NCBI GenBank assembly: GCA_951406725.2
Contig: OX597823.1
Location: 35,216,001-35,280,000 of the forward strand
Length of the DNA stretch: 64,000 nt
Origin: Octopus vulgaris
Lineage: Eukaryota
Reading direction: 5' to 3'
In this document: piece after piece, positions 11,907 to 27,723 of the stretch
Layout: every line of letters begins with the position of its first letter
Numbering within the stretch: the stretch's first letter is position 1
Translations under genes and position numbers: made by a program
The notes under the pieces: model-generated
Databases searched by the model: none
What the model saw: only the letters and a program-made list of their open reading frames with translations
What the model was told of the DNA's origin: nothing

Positions 11907-14070
11907 ATGTGTACACTAACTTCAGGTTTAATTCTTCACCTTCGCTTCCAAAATTCTTCACACTGCCATTCTACGAGGCGATATTCAACACGCGTTCGGA
12001 CACGCATTTCAGTACAAACGAGAAGCGCAAACTACAATCTGCTGACTACATCGGACCGCTACTATTTATATGTAGCGGTGCCGTCTATTCTCGTCAGAAG
12101 ACGTTGTACTCTTGCCACAACAGAAATTAAAAGCTGGTTATCAAGACAAGTTCCCTCACAAGGTATGTAAGTAGTGTGTCGGGAGTTTACAGATGTGAAC
12201 CTAGGGAACACGTGATTAGTTGGCATTTGGTATACCTGTGATTTGGCGAAGCTAAAACATCATTGCACATTGTTACTATTGTTTACTGAAAATTTCAGGA
12301 TATAACAAGGAAATCGAGTATCCCAGTGTACCATCATCTATACACCCAGTGCCTCATTCAGCTGAAAACCTAGTGCTACTTGTCCTTCACCTACCCTCCC
12401 TTGAAGATGTAGATCGTGATGAAATCAGTGACAGCAATGATGCAGATTTTGAAATTGAAGTTGACTCACCTTGTGGATTGAAATTCCAACATGACAATTC
12501 CAAATACAGCACATTTAACACTTAAACACTTGTTTAAGTAAAAATAGTAACTCAACATAATTACTTTCTTCTTTTTCATATCTACATTTTGATATACCTT
12601 TTCCATTTCTTTCATTTTCTCATTCCACATTTGGCTATTGTAATCTCTCTCCCTCCCCCTCTCTCAAAGTAAAAGTGTCACAAATGTTAGATCTTTTTCC
12701 TCCCCCAACATAACACATATTCTATGGGTTTAGTAGTTCACAATTGTGACGTTTGTTCCGACTTTTGATTGGATGCAATGTAAAAAAAAATGAAGTGGGA
12801 AAGTTTACTAATGCAGAAGTACCAAATGCTAAGAAGGCTAGACTTCTACAAGTCTATTGTCATTTTGTCTTTCCAGCATTTTAACTTAACGGCAATGTCT
12901 CATAATTGCTGCTTGGGTGTGCAACCGCACAGTCATTGTATTGGCACCATAGACATCAAAATGTTGCCACTCATTTTAATTTACAAATGCAACCGTTTTG
13001 GCCACAATACATTTCCGTTATTTCCCCAAATTGAGCACAGGATTCCCTTCACATCATATTGTGACATGCATTGCAGCTTCGTTTAATGACTAGTCAATGA
13101 GCAAGAGTTGAATGATTTGGCACAAGATCTGGGACGATATTAAAAGGCTTCAGAACTCCAAGCATCAAAGGCTTGCTTGAAAATGGAGCAAAGATATCCT
13201 ACTTCAGATCCAGAGAGAATGCATTTCTGCACCATTTTCGAAGTAACAGTAGGTTTGTGTATTGCTATAACATGCAGGGCTTACTGGAAGAATTGAGAAT
13301 TCCAATTTGCAACTCAACTGAATGGAAACTATTCATCGATAGCTTAAAGCACTCCACAGTGGAAGTTTATATGGTTGAGACCCAATTGGGTATTCAGTTT
13401 GTTTTCGTGAAGGAAATGGTTACATAAAGAGAGCCATCCAGTTGTTGCAGTATCACAAACAAAATTGGATCATCTGTGTTGACCTTAAAATAACATGCTT
13501 CTTTCTTGGTCAGCATTGTAGATACACTAAGAATCCCTGCTTTCTGTGCATGTGGGACAGCAGAGCTCGAGAGGAATTGACTTCTAAGATCTGACCGCAA
13601 ACCTGTGGTCTCAACATGAGCCACTTGTTGACATAAAGAATATTATATTCCCATCTCTGCACATGAAGGTCATAGAGGAACAATATCAAAGTAGAATGGA
13701 TGTAAATATGATAGCTGGCTATTGCTGGAGCATAAAGTGAAATTTTCCGGATTGAACACTCCAGGAAGAGCTGTAAGCGTAAATTTTTTACTTTAATTGC
13801 TTCCACAAAATTTGATTCACAGGAACAATATCCCTTGTGTGAACAAAATAAATTTGTACAAACATTTCTGTCAAGCAATGTTTTCTTATTTTCCATTGTA
13901 TGTAAATTTTTAAAGCATCCTATCAAATAAGTTCAGATTTGCTAGGTGTGGTATTTTCATGGTTTTTGAGACAAACCGAGTTCAAAACGTTGACGTGATA
14001 CAGAAAAACTGGAGCTATCTGTAGATTCAAGTATCAAATATAACTCAACAAAAATTGTGTTCATCAGTAT
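11907..14070 (+). mobile_element. Chapaev3-like DNA transposon relic, interrupted by an insertion at ~12475-13085
   Basis: Recognised motifs EYPSVPSSIHPVPHS, EQELNDLAQDLG, KISYFRSRE, FVYC..GLLEEL, EWKLFIDS; many lesions. Confidence 0.65.
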
Positions 14071-14289
14071 AATTATTGTTTATTATTCTGTCGAAGAATA
14101 ATGTTAACAATTAATGCCATTTCCCTTCCATTGAACATATTAAAACATATCTCTTCATTGTTAACAAAGTGTGGTGTAAGATAACGTGGTGTGGAGTAAG
14201 TGAGATAGATGATAGCAGCTATATGAATCTTGGTTTTCTTAAGAACGAGCACAAGTAGAGTTATATGACATATTTCTACAATAATTAGT

Positions 14290-16220
14290 ATATAGGAAAA
14301 AGTGAATCGTATATTACTGATGATTTTATAGTCTGTACAGCTGTGGCTTGTATTTTTAATAACGAATTTTCCTTATTTATTCCTGTTTGATCTGATATTG
14401 TCTGGATATTGATAGAGTGGGAAGACATGAAACTTGAGAGAATGGTAAATTGGTTTTTCACAGTAAAATCTTGTCTCGATTTAAATTTATAACCCATGAC
14501 CTATCGGTCAAACTTTTTTACTGTTGGTGTTGATCGTAGTTAGTTGTTTCGAGTTAGTGAGATTTTTTTTAGTTTGGGCGTCTTTTGCATTTGATTATTT
14601 TGTATGATTTAAGTGCCTTTTTCATTTTTGGGTCTCGACTCAATAATGTCCTGATGGATGATGCTGAATGTTTCTGTTTCTTAGTTAGTGTGCTGTAATT
14701 ATTGGCGTCTCTGAAACGTTTGTGGCTTTTCTTAATTCTTTAATGTCTATTGCTTTGGCGCGTTCTATCCTATTCTCTATTAGAGTAGACTGATATTTTC
14801 TTTCAAGTAGCGCCTGTCTTAAATCAAGGACTCTTTTCTTCTAAATTTCCAGATTTTGCTCGGATTCATCTAGCTAGTTTAAACGGAATAGTAGATTTGG
14901 TATGTTTTATGTGAGATGGAATTAATAGTAGGTACTTTTCAGAATCCGTAGGTTTATAGTACATGGCCCTTTCTAAGTTTGTATCATTCTTTATAATCAG
15001 AATCTCTAAGAAGGGTAGTCAGATATGTTAAACTCCATTGTGAATTGAATATTTTTTATTGAAACTGTTGTGCAAAAATTTGAAATCATTGAATTCATCT
15101 AGGTAATATACCTACAGAATAAAGCAGTTATCTAAGTATCATTTCCAATTTTCACCAGCTAATTTTGGAAGTTAATACTGTACCTTCTTTTGGCTTTTCA
15201 TATAATTGGACTTCTAGATATGTCATGGCTAGTTTGGCGTATCTTGGAGCAAATTCTGTACCCAAAAGAGTCCCAATTTATTGGTAGGTGTTTTCCTCGA
15301 AAATGAAGAAATTACTTTGAAGGATGAATTTTATTCCCTCTGTGACGAATTGTTTATCAATTCGGTCCGGAGTTTTCTTCGGGAATTTTATTTATCAAAA
15401 GGCTATTGCCTCAAGTCCGTACTCGTATAGGGTTGTAGTAGAAAGGCTTACTACATCAAATGAAGCGTTTATGGTACTCCTGTTAAAATTTTTCGGAAGA
15501 TGGTTGAGAAAGTCTAGGTCAACCCTTAGGAAACGTGGTATAAATTTTAAGAGAGGTTTTTAGAATATGTCAAAGAAGTTGATAAGTTTGTGAGTTTCAG
15601 AGGCCGGGCCTACCACAACTGGTTTTAATTTTAGAACTTTCAGAAACGGCATGTTTATGCAGATTGAATGTGATTCTTTGCAGGCATCATTAATTGTTTT
15701 ATTTTTGTGGATTTTAGGAAGTCCGTAGAAGAAACCGGTTTTAGCTTTAAAATCTATTAGATAATCAATTTCTTTATTACTTAAGCCTTTTCCGTGTTGG
15801 TTTATGAAAGCGTTAAGTTTAGACATGGCTTTTGTTTGTTGGTAGCTGTTTACTATTTTATAGTGGGTGGTATGCTGAAATAGGGTTAACGTGGAATTTT
15901 TGCATTGTTCCATTTTCAAAATAACTACAGCATTTCCCTTAGCTTCTTTTATAAGTATATTATTATTGTTTTTAGGTCATATATAGTTTTCCATTCTGTT
16001 CGACCAGTGTTGGACTACAGTTTAGGACGTGGAAATTCATTATAAGGGAAGGCGAATATAAACTCACAAAATTTGTCTAGTGTTTTGTTTCTTTCTTTTG
16101 TTGGATTATTGTTGCATTTATTTTGCACAACGGATTAATAAGTGTTTTCTTTATCGAATAATCCTTCCGTTAAATTTAATTTTCTACAAAGAATTAAAAT
16201 GTCATTTCGTACTTCACTGA
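14290..16220 (-). mobile_element. Degenerate Penelope-like (Neptune-type) RT/GIY-YIG copy
   Basis: FFYGLPKIHK, LKPVVVGPASETHKL; colinear with the intact element at 39181-41535; many frameshifts. Confidence 0.85.
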
Positions 16221-16711
16221 GGTAGTGCCAGGGTAAATTTTTTTTAATTTTGTCCTTTTGGGAGTTTTAAGTTTCTGAAATCTTTCTTCAGGTCTTAAAA
16301 ATTGTTTGTGACTTTTGTTCTTTTGCTTGTGTCTCTGAGTCTGTGTTCCAGAAAATTAGTGGAAAGAAATGGAGTGTTTCGTTTCTTTCCACTTTTCTGG
16401 AATAATAGTTACTCTTTGTATGCCACCTGAGGTTAAGACGTGAATGTTGACCAATCAATTTTGTACGTCAGCAGATACCTTTTTCTTTAAAAAGCAATTT
16501 TTATAACAACGGCCAGAATAGGCAAAACTCGCGAAACTCCATATAACTATGCACTTTTAAAAATCTAATGTGAAATCGGTAAAGTGCATTCCTACATTTT
16601 AAAATCTAATTAAATTCTACTTGAGTTTAATATATTCTCAGTGCATTTTCAACTTTCTTTCCACTTGTTTGGATTAGATTAACAGCAATTTAAATATGTA
16701 TATATATATTT

Positions 16712-16875
16712 TTATTCTTTTATTTGTTTCAGTCATGGGACTACGGCCATGCTGGAGCACTGATTTAAGGAATTTTCGTCGAACAAATCAATCCCAGCAC
16801 TTGTTTTTTAAAGGTAGGTACTCACATTCACACCAGTAGTCAAGCAGTGTTTAAGGATCAAACACAGACACAGAG

Positions 16876-16948
<73 letters not shown>

Positions 16949-17020
16949 ACGAGTTTCAGTTTCTGTCTACCAAATAAGACTTTGGTCGACTGAGGCTATA
17001 GAGGAAAATACTTGCTCAAG
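16712..17020 (-). mobile_element. Degenerate copy of the microsatellite-containing SINE family
   Basis: Reverse complement matches the 3' and middle parts of 17985-18405 (tgtttcagtcat..gccatgctggagcac; tttcagtttctgtctaccaaat). Confidence 0.7.
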
Positions 17021-17445
17021 TATACTATCATTAATACTGGTAACTTTTAAAGCTTATATCATACCTCTTAGTTTATAATTAATATATAGTTTGCATATTC
17101 TATGGTCTCAATATTCCTGTAGTTAATACCAGGTATCAGTCTTTATAGATACCACCTAATAAATAAATAATTTAGTTTTAAATGACTGAATTAATAAACA
17201 ATTTCTATATAATCTTCTCTTTTCTAGTGATGATAATAAGGTATATTTGCTTCATCATGGTTTTAGTGATTAAGTTATTTATTCCCTTCTATGGTGTTCT
17301 ACCCTATTTGATTGTTTTTATAATACCCTTTATGAAATTAAACCTAATTTTTGTACCCCTAGGTATTTATATTAGCTTATATATAACAGCACTGGTAGCT
17401 TTACAACTTGTAATATACCTCTTAGATTATAATTAATATATAGTT

Positions 17446-17619
17446 AGCGGCTGTGCGGTAAGTAGCTTGCTTACGAACTACATGGTTCCGGGTTCAGTCC
17501 CACTGCGTGGCACCTTGGGCAAGTGTCTTCTACTATAGCCTCGAGCCGACCAAAGCCTTGTGAGTTGATTTGGTAGACGGAAACTGAAAGAAACCCGTCG
17601 TATATATGTGTATATAGAA

Positions 17620-17665
<46 letters not shown>

Positions 17666-17895
17666 GTATGTGTGTGGATCTGTTTGTGTGTCTGTGTTTT
17701 TTCCCCCCAACATCGCTTGACAACCGATGCTGGTGTGTTTATGTCCCCGTAACTTAGCGGTTCGGCAAAAAGAGACCGATAGAATAAGTACCAGGCTTAC
17801 AAAGAATAAGTCGTGGGATCGATTTGCTCGACTAAAAGCGGTGCTCCAGCATGGCCATAGTCAAATGACTGAAACAAGTAAAAGAGTAAAGAGTA
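17446..17895 (+). mobile_element. Octopus tRNA-derived SINE with internal (TA)/(TG) microsatellite
   Basis: ggctgtgcggtaagtagcttgc..ggttccgggttcagtccc head, CORE-like ccttgggcaagt, tail gactgaaacaagtaaaagag; several near-identical copies in the window. Confidence 0.9.
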
Positions 17896-17985
17896 TATTC
17901 TGTCGCCTCAGTACTCCTTTATTAAATGCCAGTAAATGCCTGTGACCAATCTTCATAAATGCCATCTAATAAATAAATATTTAAG

Positions 17986-18149
17986 TAGGCCTAGGAGTGG
18001 CTGTGTGGTAAGTAGCTTGCTTACCAACCACATGGTTCCGGGTTCAGTCCCACTGCGTGGCTTCTTGGGCAAGTGTTTTCTGCTATAGCCTCGGGCCGAC
18101 CAATGCCTTGTGAGTGGATTTGGTAGACGGAAACTGAAAGAAGCCTGTC

Positions 18150-18216
<67 letters not shown>

Positions 18217-18405
18217 TTTCTGTGTCTAGCATTGCTTGACAACCGACGCTGGTGTGTTTTCGTCTCCGTCACTTAGCGGTTCGGCAAAAGAGACCGATAG
18301 AATAAGTACTGGGTTTACAAAGAATAAGTCCCGGGGTCGATTTGCTTGACTAAAGGCGGTACTCCAGCATGGCTGCAGTCAAAGAACTGAAACAAGTAAA
18401 AAAAA
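17986..18405 (+). mobile_element. SINE of the same family
   Basis: Near-identical to 17446-17895. Confidence 0.9.
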
Positions 18406-19072
18406 TATATATGAATAAATATTAAACTAATTCTATGTAATTTCTTTTCTCCCCTTATTGTAAATTTTGGTATATACTCAAAAGTATTCAAAAATTTATC
18501 CTTTTGGCTATGATATTCTTCTTAATATTTTTCTTGATAACCCTAAATTTTATCTTTATACAATATAACAATATTGTTTAAATCGTTCAACTGTAATACC
18601 CCATGATAAAATTTCCCCTGTATTATCATCATTGGCTTTATTAGAGTGTTGCCCCTTTAACTGATAACTAACATCTTGACTTAAGATCTTCCTTTACCAA
18701 CCTTCATTATAGACAGTTACTTTATACAACTTCAAACTAATTTTGACAAGTTTTGTGACTATATCCACTATGATTCTGCCAACTACCTCAGGCCCTTTCC
18801 TAACAGACAATGCTCTTTGGTCTTGGATTTTGATATACAGAGATTTGATAAACAAGACTATAAATTAAAACCGACCCAAAAATCAGTGACGAGCTAGATC
18901 TCTAACAAGTTGTTTTTCCTGAAGTCTTAGTAGCTTAGTCCATATAGCATGGACTTTGTTTTCTTACCCTGTTAGAGGATTTAGGTAAAATTATACAAAT
19001 GTGTCCGACTGATTAAATAAATTCTATTTATTTATTAATTAATTATCAAACACACACACACATGTATGTATA

Positions 19073-19969
<897 letters not shown>

Positions 19970-19978
19970 TATATGTAT

Positions 19979-20041
<63 letters not shown>

Positions 20042-21061
20042 CATATATATATGTATATATACTTATACACATACAGAGACAAATTCACTGAACACTTATA
20101 AACACACACACATACTCAGACGAACATTTAGCTTGGAGTCCTGCCGAACGTGATGCCAGGTGTGATTAAAATTTCTAAAAGTTGAAGTAGTAGCACAGAA
20201 CTATTTCCTTACCTTTGAAAGAAATATTTATTTTGATAATATTCTTGGTAATGGTATGAAGATTACACATTCCTGTTTCGATTTGTTTTAAAAATAGACA
20301 TTTTTCTACTTGCTAAAATATATTCAAATCTTTAAATGAATCTATAGAGTGTGTGTGTGTGTATATATATATATACCAGTGTGTGTGTCTGTGTGTGTGA
20401 TTGCGTGTGTGTGTGTGTGAGTGCGTGTGTGTATGTGTGTGTGTGTGTGCGTGTGTGCGCGCTCGCGAATTCTTCTCTTTTGAGATATAATGAAAACTTT
20501 GATAGAGGTATAGTATACTACTGGTATTACTGGGATGCATGAAAGTTAAGAACCAACAGTATAAGGACCCTGAAAAGAGCAGTATTTAAGAAGACTCCTT
20601 AAAATATCTACTAAGTTGCTTGCCTAATTTCGGATCTGGCCAGTTGGAACGCTTAAGTCTGTATCATCAATAGCTTAATCATCTATTACATAAATTAACA
20701 TGCCGTCCTTTCTAGCTCGAAAGGAAGCCGCTGTCGGGCCATTTGATCTGCAAAACGAGTAACCAAATTTTCCCCAACGGTTAAAGACACAGAAGGACAC
20801 ACATGATAGAACAATCTCAATTAATCTATAAATTAGTTGAAATTTTCTTGACTTTAACATATTTTATCACAGTTCTACGCGAGGTGGAAAATAGAAATAA
20901 ATGAGAGTTGAACTATTTAGCAAATGGATTACAAAATACTTTTGATTTAGAAATTAGTATTTACCAAAAAGCTCTCTCACGTTCTGTTTATCTCCATCTA
21001 TGTGCAAGCATGCATACATGCATTTATATATGCATATATACACTCATGTACCTACCTACCT

Positions 21062-21325
21062 ATCATTACATCAGTTTAAAATGCAGAGCAATCCTCAGCT
21101 GCACAAAGACATAAAATTTAATTAAATTAGAACAGATGGACACATTAGTATAACTTCTATGCTGGAGTGGATACAGCATATTCTCTGTCTATCTCCTTAA
21201 CTTCTTGGAGATTTTAGGTATAATGATATTAATGTGTCCATTAATTAAATTCTATGTCTTTGTGCAGCAGAGGATTGCTCTGCATTTTAAAATGATGTAA
21301 TGATTGCATTGTTCAATTAAATGTT
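21062..21325. repeat. Fold-back made of the same repeat as the arms of 44432-46011
   Basis: atcattacatca..ctgcacaaagacata..attaa is inverted against ttaat..tatgtctttgtgcag..tgatgtaatgat. Confidence 0.75.
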
Positions 21326-21542
21326 ACATATATAAATGTACATATGTAACATTTACATATATAAATGTTACATATACAAATATAACAACAAAAGAATGAG
21401 ATCCCGATATTAGAGAAGTAGGGGGTTATTTATATATGTTATAAATTAGAACAAACAGTAAAAGAATGTATCGTAGCTCTTCGCTCCGGCATTCGAAACT
21501 CCGAGTACTATAATGACAACCTTTTACTGTTTGTTCTAATTT

Positions 21543-21633
<91 letters not shown>

Positions 21634-21643
21634 TTATATATAT

Positions 21644-22240
21644 GCAAAATTTAGGTTAGTTAAAATATATTTGTGACATATTTCGAATGCTAAAGGCAAA
21701 TTCACTGCAGATACCTCAGGGAAAATATTTCCCTTATCGTAAAAATTTGTGAGGACACCCTATTTTTTCAGTGTCGCCATCTATTAGGACTCCCAGACAT
21801 CGATGTTTTCACACCTTTTTAATATATGAGAAATATATTCTCTATGGTAAGTGTAGTGAATTTGCCTTTTAGCAGTTGAATCATGCCACACAAACATATT
21901 TTAACTAACCTAAATTTTGCTTATGCCTGAACACTGCTTGGCGCTAATACTTCGCTATTTTCTACGACCGGGGGATCGACCATCTCAAATCAGTCAACAT
22001 TGTTGACTGTATTTTACATAATATGGCTTCATAAAATTTGTTCAGAATTGCCTCTCTTAGGTACTTCTGATTGATAAAAGCCAACAATGTTGAAACATCG
22101 ATGTCTGGGAATCCTAATAGATGGCAACACTAAACAAATTGGGTGTTTTTACGCCCTTTTACCATAAGAAAAATATTTTCTCTACGGTAACTGCAGTGTA
22201 TTTTCCTTTTAGCAGTTGAGATATGTCACAAATACTGTTT
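21644..22240. repeat. pLTR-like inverted/tandem repeat with a U3-A8 hammerhead candidate at ~22066-22112 (+)
   Basis: gcaaaatttaggttagttaaaat is inverted at ~21898-21920; TTGATAA..GAAA-CATCGATG-TC with palindromic stem III. Confidence 0.55.
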
Positions 22241-22243
22241 TGG

Positions 22244-22292
<49 letters not shown>

Positions 22293-24721
22293 TAAACTCA
22301 AAATTATAAAGATATTTATGTTCGTAATCTCGTAATCATGTATACATACAAAGATATATGTACGTACATTATTCTTTCATAAGACGTATGTACGTACATA
22401 CTTCTTTCATAAAACCAGAAGCGCTTTTAAGTGACTATGCTTTGATCCTCACATGAAGAGAATAAGAAATAAATATCGCCTAGGGTGAGTGAATTTTTAA
22501 CATTGATAACAGTGTGAGCGTAGTGAACTAAGGTAAAGCAGGATAAAATGTTCCTCCAATAAATAGATGAAACGGCTGCAAGAGATTTGAATTTATTACT
22601 CATAAACAGGCAGCTGAATAATTTATCTACTCAGCCATTTTTGACACACAATCATAGAGACACAGAGTAACACACACACACACACATTGTTATATTTCGC
22701 GCTGGTCATTTTCCTTTTATTCGTTTATTTAATTATTTATTTTCTATTTTCTCTCATTCCCTCTTAGGTATGTGCATGTGTGACTTGTGTGTGAGTATAT
22801 GGGTTTACGCATTATAATGTTTGTATCTGTGTATTTTATTCTTTTCTCATTTCGTCTTTAGTCGTCATGTTGCGTAGTGTGGGGGAGGGGTGCTATTGTT
22901 CCGTGCTATGTCTGTGGTCTTTGTAATTGGTCTAAGTATCATGTTTTTTCGATGTATTGATAATATCTTAACATCTATGTTTATTAACCGAACCTCTGTA
23001 TTCTAATTGAGCATGTTGGTAGAGCACCGGTGAGCTTTACTTCTTGAGCTCCCACCAGTGTTCATTTACCCGCTTCCTATGCTACGTGCTATCTCCACAA
23101 TGTATGTTGTCCTGTTTCTATACCGTCCCTCTGTACACCATATGGTACGTTCCTAACCTGTGGGTTCATCCTACATACTATAAGCTGCTATCCGTACATA
23201 GAGGCCTTTCGAGTGGATATATTCTACAAATTAGAGACTTTATGGGGTTTCCTGGCCTCTCTACTACATTAATCCTTATCTAAAGTTTTCTTAAAAGAGG
23301 CTTTCTAGTTCGCCGCAAAGGGTAGCATCAACGAACATGGCACATACATTTTTTGTTGTCATACCATGAGTTGGCCTTATCTACTTTCTTGGTACCTTCT
23401 ATGCTATTCCAGGACTTAACCCCTCTATAGCGGGCTCATCTCATTTGCACCATTCTCTATGATGGCCTTGTACTTATCCCTGACTCATTTGTATACTCTA
23501 ATCCTGTCCCTTTGGCCAGAGAATTGCAAGCGTTGGACGAAGTATTGTACGTGTCGTTCTCGGTCGCACATGCGGGACAGATTTCTCATCACTCTTACGA
23601 AGTTTGCATCAGGATATTGAACTCGGCTTTGTCCGCAATAGCTGCGGTCTTGTGGACCAAGTATTTAGAGGCCATACGTTTGGCATCGTGGGAAATGATA
23701 AAAATAATGATGAAGTGAAAAACGAGTATAGGGTGCATGAGGTTATTTGGCAAAATATAAAATAAAAATGACCATTCCGAAATATAACAATATCTATTTC
23801 AACACACGATTAGAGATCAGGAATTTTGCAAAACGAACACAAACACGCGCGCGCGCACACACATTGTCTGTGTATGTGCGCATGTGTGTGTGCGTGCATG
23901 TTCGTGCAAGTGTGGAACCGTTGAATACAAGGAAAGATAGAATTGATGCGGAATGAAAGCCTCCAAAGGCAACGATCAGTCAGTATTTTACAAAGTGAGA
24001 TCAGGTGTTAATAGAATTGAAGTCACATTTTCGTTCAAAAAGGAAAATAAATATGACATTTGATAGTAAGTCGCCAAACAATTTCATGATAGATATGCTC
24101 GGAGTGTAAGATATTAATACTTTTGAGAACATCAAGACGAAAACACCCCTCAATTATACATGTACACAGATAAATTATAAACATTCTGCATTATCCAGGC
24201 GGCATTCCATTAATTAAATAATTTTTTTTAGTTGAACTGTACTTTGAGAAGTAATGTCCATAGCATACAAGGCTACATGAGATGTAAAAAATGTTCAGGA
24301 CTTGCATTACATTAAAAATTTGATGGTAAGAAAAAAGACATTTTAAGATTTTCTCTCCTTTTGTATTGATTTTTAACTAGAAATATGGAAGGGTCTGGTC
24401 AAACCTTACAATGAAATTAGAAAGAAGAAAACACATAAATACAAAAGCGCAATACATACACACGCAGACACACACTGACACACACAGACACATACTTACG
24501 CGGCACACACAGGCAGAGATAATACGAAACATATTTTATTCACAATAAATCAAATGAAACCGTTTACGAACAGTTGGTTTCGAACGCACTGCAAGTTCCG
24601 AAACAGCAGCATGTAGCCGTAAACCGGATATTCAGGAATAGACTTCTCTAATGTTCACTCTGTGACCATGTAGCTGTTTCTAAATTTCAATGAGGAGCCT
24701 TTGTTTCTTGGTAACAGACAC

Positions 24722-25466
24722 GGGATCTTTTCTAAAAGAAGGCCAGATTTTTCTAGTTAACTAAATAATTTGAAACTTCGTATACTGGTAGAATGTGTCA
24801 AAAGAAAACATTAATTTCAACTAGTTTTTTTGAGAAAAATGTATTTTATAAGTTTAAACGTAGTTTAAATCTGCGAATTTTAACCAATCGTATTGTCTGT
24901 TTTGATCTGAAATTATTAGCTGCATGGTGTTACTGTGACGTAGACAGCTATTTTGTGAAAATTTTAAACAGCGTGGGTAAGAAGTAAGCAAACAGCTGTG
25001 GTAGATGTGGTTATCATGGCAGTGGTGGTGGTGGTGTAGTGGTGACAGTGGATGTGTATGATGGCATCAATTATAGTGTTGGTGTTTTTGTAGAGGTGGT
25101 GGTGGCGGCAGTGGATGATGATTATAATGATGATGATAGTAGTAGTGGCATTGATTATGTTAGGATGTCTCAGTGGTGGTTGTGAAGATGATTCTGATAT
25201 TGATAGTCTTTGCATTGAGGTGGTGGCAGAGTCAGAGTAAATAATAAGAGCCCAGTTAACACAAGATTCTTAAATTTCGGAGATCATAAGATAGAGAGCA
25301 AGAAGTTAAAAGTTCCAATACTGGCCCAATTCCTACACCCCAGATTCTTCAACTATTTTATAAGAAAGGGGTTAATGGCAGGATAGGGATTCAGCTTAAA
25401 AATAAATATAACAAAAAATACATAAATAAATTACTGCTCCAACGATGTAATTTTAGTATGCGTGTA

Positions 25467-25519
<53 letters not shown>

Positions 25520-27489
25520 ATGGATCAAAACAGTTTGATTCAAATTCTGTGGTACTTATATATTCATACATAGATATACATGTAGATGTATATAACATAT
25601 ATATATATATTGTATGTAAACATCTTTTATATATATATAATGTATGCATCTATAATACACACACATTATAAATATATACACATATATGCATATGCATTAG
25701 AATATGTGTGTATAGGTGTACATATATATATATATATGCATATGTGGCCCTGCTCGATCTGTAGGAAAGTTGTAGGTAGAAACTCCATAAGATGCACCCA
25801 ATGTAAGCTATGGACGCACAAGAGGTGCAGCAACATTAAAGGGAAATTAACAGATAAGATAGCTTTCATGTGCGGCAGATGCACAGGGACAATAGACACC
25901 ACAGACACTCAGAAAACAGATCACTCCAGGGAGAGGAACTAGAAGTAGTTGATAGTTTCCGCTTCCTGGGTGACCAAGTTAGTAGTGGAATTGGATGCAC
26001 AGAGAGTATCACCACTAGAATACGAATAGCCTGGGCAAAGTTCAGAAAGCTCCTACCCCTACTGGCGACAAAAGGGTCTCTCGCTCAGAGCGAAAGGTAG
26101 ATTGTATGATGCATGTGTGCGAACTGCCATGCTTCACGGTAGTGAAACATGGGCTGTGACTGCAGAGGACATGCGTAGACTTGAAAGAAATGAAGCTAGC
26201 ATGACCCGCTGGATGTGTAATGTCAGTGTGCACGCACGACAGAGTGTAAGCACCCTGAGAGAAATGCTGGATATAAGAAGCATCAGATGTGGTGTGCAAG
26301 AGCGACGCTTGCGATGGTATGGTCATGTGCTGCGGATGGATGAGGAGAGATGTGTGAAGAAGTGCCACTCCCAAACAGTTGAAGGTATCAGGGGGAGAGG
26401 TAGACCCAGGAAGACATGGGATGAGGTAGTCAAGCATGACCCCAGAGCGTTGGGCCTCACTGAGGCAATGGCGAAGGACCGAGATCTCTGGAGATATGCT
26501 GTGACTGCAAAGACCCGGGCTGCTTCCTGCATCAGTTCCGCATAGCCCCTGCCCATTCAAAGTACCCTGGATCCCAGAACGTCCCGCTGTGCTCGAGGAG
26601 ACCTGTTGAGTCAAGTACATGAACATGAACGTCGAAATAAATATCAATGGAAATAGTAGTTGTGATGCCTGTGCCGGTGGCACATAAAAAGCACTATCCG
26701 AACGTGGCCGATGCCAGCGCAGCCCCGACTGGCTTCTGTGCCGGTGGCACATAAAAAGCACCATCCGAACGTAGAAAAAGCACATAAAAAGCACCATCCG
26801 AACGTAGAAACTCTGCCAGATCAGACTGGAGCCTGGAGCAGCCCCTGGCTTCCCAGACCACGGTCGAACCGTCCAACCCGTGCTAGCGCGGAAAACGGAC
26901 GTTAAACGATGATGATGATGTTTGTATACATGTGTGTGTAGCTATTTAGGATCTACACAAATTTTATATATACTCCACGAAGTTTGAAAGTGTTTAGTTA
27001 GAAAAAATTATTTTAAAAATCTGTAGGTCAAAAGGTAAAGATCCGGTATTTTAAATTTTTGTTGCATTTCTAATCTTTCTGATGTCTAAGGATGGATATT
27101 TATGCGTATGAATCTTTTTCTTTTTATTTTGTTTCAAATATAATTCTAGGGAACTGAAAAAGCTGTGTACGATGCCAAGCGAATTTAGTTGTTTACGATA
27201 AGCGGATGTTTACGTTTTAGCTGTTTACATGTTTACGTTAAGTACGTCACAAAATAGCTGTTTACGTCACAGTAACGATATTTTGAGAGGCAGTAAATGA
27301 TATGAGGTCGAAACAAAGAATACCATTGGTTAAAATTCGAATTATTAAACAACGTTAAACTTAGAAATTACAATTCCGTTTTCATTTTGGTTTACAATTA
27401 TGTTTTCTTTTGACACATTCTACCAGTATACGAAGTTTCAAATTGTTTAGTTAACTAGAAAAATCTGTCCTTCTTTTAGAAAAGATCCC
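24722..27489. mobile_element. Non-autonomous DNA transposon with ~90-bp TIRs, carrying a nested RTE insertion
   Basis: GGGATCTTTTCTAAAAGAAGG..tgtgtcaaaagaaaaca at 24722 and its reverse complement ending at 27489; flanks agacac / agacat. Confidence 0.7.
25743..26920 (+). mobile_element. RTE-clade LINE 3' fragment with (GAT)n tail
   Basis: WPCSIC..CTQCKLWTHKRCS..C zinc finger, FRFLGD, LHGSETW, RRLRWYGHVLRM, RGRGRPRKTW; tail gttaaacgatgatgatgatg. Confidence 0.9.
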
Positions 27490-27574
27490 AGACATGTATT
27501 TTAGAGGAGAACTTGAATGAGCTAGATGAAATACTATGTAGACTTATGAACATACATATGTATATTCTAAGAAG

Positions 27575-27652
<78 letters not shown>

Positions 27653-27655
27653 ATG

Positions 27656-27723
<68 letters not shown>

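Noticed and set aside
26670-26810. Short direct repeats (gcacataaaaagcaccatccgaacgt) resembling a CRISPR array
   Set aside because: No unique regular spacers, eukaryotic context, and inside an RTE 3' UTR
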